Below, one piece after another: positions 54,501 through 64,000 of a stretch of 64,000 nt of DNA. Within the stretch, counting starts at the first letter, position 1. Each line of letters starts with the position of its first letter. The DNA is taken from the NCBI RefSeq assembly GCF_006345805.1, contig NC_043025.1, forward strand, positions 434,001 to 498,000, in the 5' to 3' direction. Source of the stretch: Octopus sinensis (lineage: Eukaryota). Below the pieces are notes generated by a model, which made no database searches, was not told where the DNA came from, and saw only the letters and a program-made list of their open reading frames with translations. The position numbers were made by a program, and so were the translations under genes.

Positions 54501-57500
54501 GCGCTGCAGTGGCAGGCTTACAGCAAACATGCTGACGGACTACTGCTGGTTTAAAAGAATAGAAAGGCGCTGCAGTGGCAGGCTTATAGCAAACATGCTG
54601 ACGGACTACTGCTGGTTTAAAGAACTAGTAGAAAGACGCTGCAGTGGCAGGCTTACAGCAAACATGCTGACGGACTACTGCTGGTTTAAAGAACTAGAAA
54701 GACGCTGCAGTGGCAGGCTTACAGCAAACATGCTGACGGACTACTGCTGGTTTAAAGAACTAGAAAGCGCTGCAGTGGCAGGCTTACAGCAAACATGCTG
54801 ACGGACTCCTGCTGGTTTAAAGAACTAGAAAGACGCTGCAGTGGCAGGCTTACAGCAAACATGCTGACGGACTACTGCTGGTTTAAAGAACTAGAAAGAC
54901 GCTGCAGTGGCAGGCTTACAGCAAACATGCTGACGGACTACTGCTGGTTTAAAGAACTAGAAAGGCGCTGCAGTCGCAGGCTTACAGCAAACATGCTGAC
55001 GGACTACTGCTGGTTTAAAGAACTAGAAAGACGCTGCAGTGGCAGGCTTACAGCAAACATGCTGACGGACTACTGCTGGTTTAAAGAACTAGAAAGGCGC
55101 TGCAGTGGCAGGCTTACAGCAAACATGCTGACGGACTACTGCTGGTTTAAAGAACTAGAAAGACGCTGCAGTGGCAGGCTTACAGCAAAAATGCTGACGG
55201 ACTACTGCTGGTTTAAAGAGCGAGAAAGACGTTACAGTGGCAGACTTACAGTAAACATGCTGACGGACTACTGCTGGTAAAAAGAACTAGAAAGACGCTG
55301 CAGTGGCAGGCTTACAGCAAACATGCTGACGGACTACTGCTGGTTAAAAGAACTAGAAAGACGCTGCAGTGGCAGGCTTACAGCAAACATGCTGACGGAC
55401 TACTGCTGGTTTAAAGAACTAGAAAGGCGCTGCAGTGGCAGGCTTACAGCAAACATGCTGACGGACTACTGCTGGTTTAAAGAACTAGAAAGGCGCTGCA
55501 GTGGCAGGCTTACAGCAAACATGCTGACGGACTACTGCTGGTTTAAAGAACTAGAAAGGCGCTGCAGTGGCAGGCTTACAGCAAACATGCTGACGGACTA
55601 CTACTGGTTTAAAGAACTAGAAAGACGCTGCAGTGGCAGGCTTACAGCAAACATGCTGACGGACTACTGCTGGTTTAAAGAGCGAGAAAGGCGTTACAGT
55701 TGCAGACTTACAGTAAACATGCTGACGGACTACTGCTGGTTTAAAGAACTAGAAAGGCGCTGCAGTGGCAGGCTTACAGCAAACATGCTGACGGACTACT
55801 GCTGGTTTAAAGAGCGAGAAAGGCGTTACAGTGGCAGACTTACAGTAAACATGCTGACGGACTACTGCTGGTTAAAAGAACTAGAAAGACGCTGCAGTGG
55901 CAGGCTTACAGCAAACATGCTGACGGACTACTACTGGTTTAAAGAACTAGAAAGACGCTGCAGTGGCAGGCTTACAGCAAACATGCTGACGGACTACTGC
56001 TGGTTTAAAAACTAGAAAGGCGCTGCAGTGGCAGGCTTACAGCAAACATGCTGACGGACTACTGCTGGTTTAAAGAGCGAGAAAGGCGTTACAGTGGCAG
56101 ACTTACAGTAAACATGCTGACGGACTACTGCTGGTTAAAGACTAGAAAGACGCTGCAGTGGCAGGCTTACAGCAAACATGCTGACGGACTACTGCTGGTT
56201 AAAAGAACTAGAAAGACGCTGCAGTGGCAGGCTTACAGCAAACATGCTGACGGACTACTGCTGGTTTAAAGAACTAGAAAGGCGCTGCAGTGGCAGGCTT
56301 ACAGCAAACATGCTGACGGACTACTGCTGGTTAAAGAACTAGAAAGGCGCTGCAGTGGCAGGCTTACAGCAAACATGCTGACGGACTACTGCTGGTTTAA
56401 AGAACTAGAAAGGCGCTGCAGTGGCAGGCTTACAGCAAACATGCTGACGGACTACTGCTGGTTTAAAGAACTAGAAAGGCGCTGCAGTGGCAGGCTTACA
56501 GCAAACATGCTGACGGACTACTGCTGGTTTAAAGAACTAGAAAGACGCTGCAGTGGCAGGCTTACAGCAAACATGCTGACGGACTACTGCTGGTTAAAAG
56601 AACTAGAAAGACGCTGCAGTGGCAGGCTTACAGCAAACATGCTGACGGACTACTGCTGGTTTAAAGAACTCGAAAGACGCTGCAGTGGCAGGCTTACAGT
56701 AAACATGCTGACGGACTACTGCTGGTTTAAAGAACTAGAAAGGCGCTGCAGTGGCAGGCTTACAGCAAACATGCTGACGGACTACTACTGGTTTAAAGAA
56801 CTAGAAAGACGCTGCAGTGGCAGGCTTACAGCAAACATGCTGACGGACTACTGCTGGTTTAAAGAACTAGAAAGGCGCTGCAGTGGCAGGCTTACAGCAA
56901 ACATGCTGACGGACTACTGCTGGTTTAAAGAGCGAGAAAGGCGTTACAGTTGCAGACTTACATTAAACATGCTGACGGACTACTGCTGGTTTAAAGAACT
57001 AGAAAGGCGCTGCAGTGGCAGGCTTACAGCAAACATGCTGACGGACTACTGCTGGTTTAAAGAGCGAGAAAGGCGTTACAGTGGCAGACTTACAGTAAAC
57101 ATGCTGACGGACTACTGCTGGTTTAAAGAACTAGAAAGGCGCTGCAGTGGCAGGCTTACAGCAATCATGCTGACGGACTACTGCTGGTTTAAAGAGCGAG
57201 AAAGGCGTTACAGTGGCAGACTTACAGTAAACATGCTGACGGACTACTGCTGGTTTAAAGAACTAGAAAGGCGCTGCAGTGGCAGGATTACAGCAAACAT
57301 GCTGACGGACTACTGCTGGTTTAAAGAGCGAGAAAGGCGTTACAGTGGCAGACTTACAGTAAACATGCTGACGGACTACTGCTGGTTTAAAGAACTAGAA
57401 AGGCGCTGCAGTGGCAGGCTTACAGCAAACATGCTGACGGACTACTGCTGGTTTAAAGAGCGAGAAAGGCGTTACAGTGGCAGACTTACAGTAAACATGC

Positions 57501-57964
57501 TGACGGACTACTGCTGGTTTAAAGAGCGAGAAAGGCGTTACAGTGGCAGGCTTACAGCAAACATGCTGACGGACTACTGCTGGTTTAAAGAGCGAGAAAG
57601 GCGTTACAGTGGCAGACTTACAGTAAACATGCTGACGGACTACTGCTGGTTTAAAGAGCGAGAAAGGCGTTACAGTGGCAGGCTTACAGCAAACATGCTG
57701 ACGGACTACTGCTGGTTTAAAGAGCGAGAAAGGCGTTACAGTGGCAGACTTACAGCAAACACTGCTGACGGACTACTGCTGGTTTAAAGAGCGAGAAAGG
57801 CGTTACAGTGGCAGGCTTACAGCAAACATGCTGACGGACTACTGCTGGTTTAAAGAGCGAGAAAGGCGTTACAGTGGCAGACTTACAGTAAACATGCTGA
57901 CGGACTACTGCTGGTTTAAAGAACTAGAAAGGCGCTGCAGTGGCAGGCTTACAGCAATACTTAT

Positions 57965-58121
57965 TTACGTGTATATATACACGTGTTAGCAGATATATAT
58001 ATATCTATACACACACACACACACAGATATATATATATATATGTGGTGTGTGAGTCTGTATATATGTATGAATGTGTGTATGTATGCATGTATCTATATA
58101 TCTAACTATCTATCAATCTAT

Positions 58122-58159
<38 letters not shown>

Positions 58160-58611
58160 TATATATATGCGGAATATTGTACGTGTATGTATTTGTGTCT
58201 AAGCATATATATATGCACAGTATATGCATTTATACAGATATATATGCACGCACATGTATATATATATACATACATACACACACACATACGCGCACATACA
58301 AACACACAAATATATATATATACATTTATACATAATACAAACATATGTACATGCATACATACATATGTGCATACACATACACATACACCACACACATATA
58401 TATTATAATACACACACATGTATAAATGCACATTTAGAAACACATTCATACACACGGCGTATGTAGATGTATGTATGAATGTATGTATTCTTAGAAATAT
58501 GTTACATATACACACACGTTTATATATATGTACACACATATGTACATACATATCTATATGTATATATATATATATACACATACGTAAATACATATCTATA
58601 TGTATGTATAT
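57965..58611. repeat. Degenerate (TA)/(CA)/(TG) low-complexity tract
   Basis: Directly visible. Confidence 0.95.
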
Positions 58612-59025
58612 ATTACTCTTTTACTCTTTTACTTGTTTCAGTCATTTGACTACGGCCAAGCTGGAGCACCGCCTTTAGTCGAGCAACTCGACCCCGGGAC
58701 TTATTCTTTGTAAGCTTAGTACTTATTCTATCGGTATCTTTTGCCGAACCGCTAAGTGACGGGGACGTAAACACACCAGCATCGGTCGTCGAGCAATGTT
58801 AGGGGGACAAAACAGACCCACACAAACACCACACACACACACACACACCATATATATACATATACGACAGGCTTCTTTCAGTTTCCGTCTACCAAATCCA
58901 CTCACAAGACATTGGTCGGCCCGGGGCTATAGCAGAAGACATTTGCCCAAGATGCCACGCAGTGGGACTGAACCCGGAGCCATGTGGCTGGTTAGCAAGC
59001 TACTTACCACACAGCCACTCCTGCG
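58612..59025 (-). mobile_element. Full-length tRNA-derived SINE (octopus OK/OR type)
   Basis: Minus strand reads CGCAGGAGTGGCTGTGTGGTAAGTAGC (A box), GGGTTCAGTCCC (B box), CTTGGGCAAATGTC, an internal (TG)n and an (AGTAAAAG)n tail. Confidence 0.93.
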
Positions 59026-59168
59026 ACTATATTCATTTTCGCATTGAACACAGCTGAGACGCCGTACACTCACACATGTATGTGCATGTATACACATAAA
59101 TATATATGTTTATATATGCAATAGAAATATGCACGCATATGTATGTATAAGTTTATATATATATAAGT

Positions 59169-59222
<54 letters not shown>

Positions 59223-59364
59223 ATATATAATATATATATAGATTATAATAAATATAGATGTATGAACGTATGTGTGTACATATATATAAACGTGTGTGTA
59301 TATGTAACATATTTCTAAGAATAGATACATTCATACATACATCTACATATATATATATATATGT

Positions 59365-60205
59365 AGACGGAGAACCCGGGGAAGAGGTAGAGGGAGGAAG
59401 AAGAACTAAAAGAAGGACTGAAAGAGCTAAAGGAAGAGCTCAAGCAGGACCAAAGGGTGAAACAACCAGGAATGGAAGTGGAACTGCAAAGGATGGAAAC
59501 AAACAGCGCACACGGGTGTGTAGGTTCTACCTGAGAGGTACCTGCTGGCATGGAAAGGAAGGTGCAGGCTGCCGCTTTGCACATCGGGGACCCTGCCGCA
59601 GAGACACGAGGCAGATGGACAAGCCATCAACACAAGGAAAAGGGAAGGTCCACGCACCACCTGCCTCAAAGCGGAGGTACGCAGATGTTGTGCGTGCCAC
59701 AAACCGCAAACATGATGTTGTTAAAAAGGGCAGCTGCTGAGCAGCAATCTTTTTTGTGCATGGCACAAAAGATTGTACAGCAGCTGACCTGGCTTCATCA
59801 AACCCAAGCCCGCAGGTGGGACTACCCACTATATACAAGACCACCACAGCAAACAGACCCAGGATGGACACCGCCGGCAACAACATACACCTCACCTCGA
59901 TGCTCCTACTGAACATCAGAGGGCTGCAAACACTCAGTAACAGGACAAAGATCCCGTTCTTGAGAGACTTTGTTGCATGCAATCAAGCCTTATGCATAGC
60001 ACTTACAGAAACGCACCTGAAACCGGACATAGCAGATGCGGAGTTACACATACCACAGTATGTTGTACTACGGACCGACAGAAAAGAAAGGAGTCATGGA
60101 GGAGTTGCTATGTACATCCGTGAGGACCTCACACCCCAGGTCCTCTTGTCATACTCAAACTCGGTGTGTGACACACTAATTGTACATATAAGGCAACTTG
60201 ATGTA
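59365..60205 (+). mobile_element. CR1/L2-group LINE fragment: ORF1 end (CCCH finger) plus ORF2 APE start
   Basis: CRFYLRGTCWHGKEGAGCRFAH, then MLLLNIRGL...IALTETHL...DRKERSHGGVAMYI. Confidence 0.82.
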
Positions 60206-60440
60206 GTTGTGTGTGTGTGTGTGTGCGTGTCTGTGCTTGTGATTGTCCTCCACCACTGCTTGACAACGAATGTTGGTTTGTTTACATCCCTGTCACCTAG
60301 TGGTTTGACAAAGAAAACAGAATAAGTACAATGCTTACAAAAATAAAACTGAGTTGATTAATTAAACTACAATTCTTCAAGGCATTGCCCCAGCATGGCC
60401 ACAGACCAATGGTTGGAAAAAGCAGAAGAATAAAAGAATA
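60206..60440 (+). mobile_element. Diverged SINE 3' half
   Basis: (TG)n followed by ...GCTTGACAAC..TGTTGGTTTGTTTAC..CCAGCATGGCCACAG..AATAAAAGAAT, homologous to the 3' part of the 58612-59025 SINE. Confidence 0.8.
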
Positions 60441-60506
60441 CATTCTCTGCTTTGGTCTCATGTTCAAGGCATGAGAAAGCTTGATTTTACATGAGAAGGC
60501 CTAACA

Positions 60507-60770
60507 GACCTGGTAGAAACAGCAGCCAAATCTCCCTCAAATCACACCTTACTGTCTTATGTATGTATATATATATGAGCCAATGAGGGGGACCTCTACA
60601 TGGTAGCTAGACCTGGTAGAAATAGCAGCCAAATTTCCCCCAAATCACACCTTACTGTCTTATCTATGTATATATGTATGTATGAGCCTATGAGGGAGAC
60701 CCCTACATGGCAGCTAGACATGGTAGAAATAGCAGCCAAATCTCCCTCAATCACACCTTACTGTCTTATC
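60507..60770. repeat. About 2.5 tandem copies of a 102-107 bp unit, probably SINE-tail derived
   Basis: AGACCTGGTAGAAA(C/T)AGCAGCCAAATCTCCCTCAAATCACACCTTACTGTCTTAT recurs at 60507, 60609 and 60716. Confidence 0.9.
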
Positions 60771-60863
60771 TTTCTGCTACTTGGATATAGGTGTTATATT
60801 CGTCGTAAAAAAACTTTCCTGTCACACACACGCACACGCACACACACACACACACACACGCAC

Positions 60864-60905
<42 letters not shown>

Positions 60906-60979
60906 GTTAGCTTACAATTTTATTTATATATTTGCGTGTCTATGTGTGGAAAGAGGAAGTGGGAGGCAGAGTGAAAGAA

Positions 60980-61272
60980 TCACTCACTACAGTAAGTGAA
61001 TTACTTTCATTTTATTCGTTGCCCACTGTGTGTATGCGTTTGCGTGTGGTGTAAACCAGACTAAGAAAAGCATTTGACACACACACCAGAATGTGAGTTT
61101 TCTGTAAATTTTGCTTAATTGGAGTTTAAATTTTAAAAACTGGACCTGGCATGACGCGATGCATTGTACTCTTAAAAATGCTAGGTAAATTGTAATTGAA
61201 GAAATCCTATATTGTAGATTTGTATAACTCCCAAAGGGAGGCAGATAAAATCTGCCTTTTATAATAAGAGAT
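60980..61272 (-). mobile_element. Possible non-autonomous Helitron-type element terminus
   Basis: Minus strand begins ATCTCTTATTATAAAAGGCAGATTTTATCTGCCT, a TC..TATTATAAA start plus a subterminal hairpin. The other end was not identified. Confidence 0.35.
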
Positions 61273-61649
61273 ACACACGACTGGTTTTATTCATTTTCCA
61301 GGTACCCAATAGACTCAAAATGTCATGCAATGGGATAATGGTGATGATTCAGAGATTTAAAAGAAATAAGGATGATTATAGTTGGAAGGGCAACTCTACT
61401 GAAACAAAAAGCATCAAGTCCTCAATACCTTTTGGTAGCAGCAACATTAGCATTTTGGATATAATTCATCTGTTTTTGTGGATCATAGAATCATCCATGA
61501 AGGACGTGTAGAAGTCAGTTATGTATACTAAAAAATATATCAACATCATTTAACGTCTGTCTTCCTATAACAGTTGACTACAATGCTGCTATGCCAGTGA
61601 TTGGGTATAATACCTTTCTATATATCCTGATTAACTATATGGGTGAAGT

Positions 61650-62251
61650 GTGTCAGACTGCCAGAAGGGAAGCTAAGAGGCAGGTTTATTTAGCCATAGG
61701 AGAAGCAGATAAGAAAAATTTGCAAATGTTCTGCGCCGTGACGACAAAAGACTTGAGATATTTCGTGTTGCAAGACAGTGTGTGAGAGAGAATCGTGATG
61801 TGGTAGGAGAGAAATGTGTTCGCATGGATAATGGTTCACTTGCGCTAAATGTGGCTGCAAAGAGAGAGGTTTGGAGACGCCACTATGAAAGGTTGCTGAA
61901 TAAAGACAATGAATGGGAGAAAGAGAGTCTGCCGAATGTCGACCCAACTGAGGGACCAGCTATCCGAGTTGACAGTTCTTTGGTAGATAAGATAATTAGA
62001 AGTATGAAGACAGGGAAAGCCCCAGGTCCATCAGGAATTACTGCAGAGAGGCTCAAAATATCTGGCAGTGTTGGTTATAGCCTAGTCACCCGTATAGTTA
62101 ACCAGTTGATACACGAAGGAGTCATACCCAATGACTGGTGTAGCAGCATAATAGTCAACTGCTACAAAGGTAAAGGTGACGCTTTAGATACAAATAATTA
62201 CAGAGGTATCAAGCTGTTGGATCAGGTAATGAAGGTTACGGAGAGGGTCAT
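61650..62251 (+). mobile_element. RTE-group LINE fragment (linker plus start of RT)
   Basis: WRRHYERLLN, MKTGKAPGPSGITAE and IPNDWCSSIIVNCYKGKGDALDTNNYRGIKLLDQVMKV. Confidence 0.9.
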
Positions 62252-62460
62252 ATGTTTGTATATATATTTGTATGTATATGTTTGTATATATATTTGTGTA
62301 TATATGTTTGTATATATATTTGTATATATGTGTTTGTATATATGTTTGTATATATATATATGTTTGTATATATATATTTGTATATATATGTCTGTATATA
62401 TATATTTGTATATATGTTTGTATATAGATTTGTATATATATGTTTGTATATTTGTATATA
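62252..62460. repeat. (TTTGTATATATATG)-like minisatellite
   Basis: Directly visible. Confidence 0.95.
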
Positions 62461-64000
62461 AACTTAGATAAACCTTGATATGTTTCGACCAAAGATTGGT
62501 CCAGGCCATGTCTAACTTAATAGCACCACCTGATAGGATTATTTGAATCCTGTTTAAGTCAAGTTTTGTTTATGGTCCATTCAAGTAGTGAGTTTTTGTT
62601 GGGTGAGTTGAAGCCAATTATGGGTGGCTTATCTGGTATTCCTTGAAGGAATCTATCCAGACTCCGTTTAAAGTTGATGGGATCCTGTTCCTCTTTGATC
62701 TCTTTCGGGACAATGTTAAATAGGGCAGGGCCTGTTGAGGAAAAGAAATTATGTTGCAGTGTACATGTATGTTGTGATCTTGAATTGGGCAGGGGACGTA
62801 TAGCCCGTGGTCCAAGTCTTGGATGAACCTTGAAGCTAATGTTTAGGTCGTTTGGGCTTAGTTAGCGGTATATTTTCCACATCGTACAAATGATGTACCG
62901 CTCACGGCGACGCTGGAGGGAGTAAAGTTTCAAGGCTTTAAGGCGATCCCAATAATCGACAGCAGCCATGCCTTCAATTCGTTTAGTGAGTGCCCTCTGG
63001 GGTGACTCAATTCTGGAGATGTTTTGTCTTGTGTGAGGAGACCACAGTGGACAGCAGTATTCGAGGTGTGGCCGTACAAAGGAGGAGAAAAGTGGTATGA
63101 TGACACCTTGTTCTCTGGACCGGAAAGTTCTTAAGATCCAGGAACTCATCCTACGAGCTATATCGACCTTCTTGTTGATGTGTGCACTCCAACTGAGATC
63201 GTCATCAACAATTACACCCAGGTCTGATATTGTTAGAGGCTGTAAGCGGTTCCCCTTTTATTGAGGAATTTCTTCCAAAATGCATCAGCTCAAATTTTCC
63301 CTTGTTCAGTTGCATTTTGTCTCTGTGTGCCCATTGACTCACAGCATATAGATCAGACTGGAGTTGAGTTCGGTCTGCTTCTTCATTGACGATTTGCTGG
63401 AGCTTAGTGTCATCAGCAAATATTTTCACTTTGCAGTAATGTACGACACTGGAAAGGTCGTTTATGTAAATTATGAAGAGTAGCAGACCCAAAACAGTCT
63501 CCTGGGGGACACCGCTGGTGACTTATGCTGGGCTTGAGTGGACTCCATCAACTACAACATGTGTTTTATTCGCCAGGAAATACTTGATCCAGTGTAGAAC
63601 TTTTCCACGGATTCCAACATTTGCCAATTTTGAGAGTAGGATATTATGGTCTACCCTGTCGAACGCTTCACTGAAGTCAAGATATATGACATCAGAGTTC
63701 GAACCTGTTCCCAAGGCTTTGAGTACATCTTCAATGTGGTGTAAGAGCCGTGTTAGACAGTCCCTGCCACAGCGAAAGCCATGCTGATTTGCATTTAGGA
63801 GTTTGTGGGTCTCCAGGAAGTCAGCTATCCTTGATCTTAACACAATTTCAAACACTTTGATGATGTGGGAGGTGAGTGAGATTGGGCGATAGTTGAGTGC
63901 GAGGGATCTGTTTCCCTGTTTGAAAACCGGGATGACTGACTTGGATAGAAACTGTTTCGGTATATAACCTGCGTCTAACGAATTTCTCCAGAGGTTGGTC
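62461..64000 (-). mobile_element. CR1/L2-group LINE, RT domain and 3' end, frameshifted, continues past the window
   Basis: NYRPISLTSHIIKVFE, QHGFR, DVIYLDFSEAFDRVDH, FADDTKL, RPHLEYCCPLWSPH and LYSLQRRRERY. The 3' UTR has a GACCAATCTTTGGTC hairpin. Confidence 0.92.

Larger units (their letters stand above)
19626..57957 (+). repeat. 66-bp tandem satellite, about 550 copies, derived from transposase coding sequence
   Basis: Consensus AAAGAACTAGAAAGGCGCTACAGTGGCAGGCTTACAGCAAACATGCTGACGGACTACTGCTGGTTT (32/66 GC). About 36.7 kb remains after removing the 1.67-kb insertion. Confidence 0.99.

Noticed and set aside
19626-57957. CRISPR-like array or dozens of separate genes
   Set aside because: Units are contiguous with no unique spacers and no cas genes. 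The ORFs are one 22-codon repeat broken by indels.

Overview
AT-rich, transposon-dense eukaryotic DNA. The tRNA-derived SINEs and the microsatellite and LINE content suggest a coleoid cephalopod, probably Octopus (recalled family resemblance, not a search result). The dominant structure is a decayed Chapaev3 (CMC) DNA transposon starting at TTA|CACTGGG (12514). The last 22 visible codons of its transposase (KELERRYSGRLTANMLTDYCWF, just after the SDE.GERFH motif) are amplified in frame into a 66-bp tandem satellite of about 550 copies (19626-57957), with regional variant domains and higher-order duplications. A SINE interrupts the transposase. Two diverged ORF1-only (gag/CCHC, no RT) retroelements sit in tandem at the same nucleotide of that SINE's tRNA-derived head, and a third ORF1-only element sits in the satellite. 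The flanks hold fragments of Dong/R4, Penelope, Tc1/mariner, Helitron, RTE and CR1-like elements, two hammerhead-ribozyme-like motifs, and a probable host PAN/apple-domain exon. The many satellite ORFs in the track are one repeat, not separate genes.
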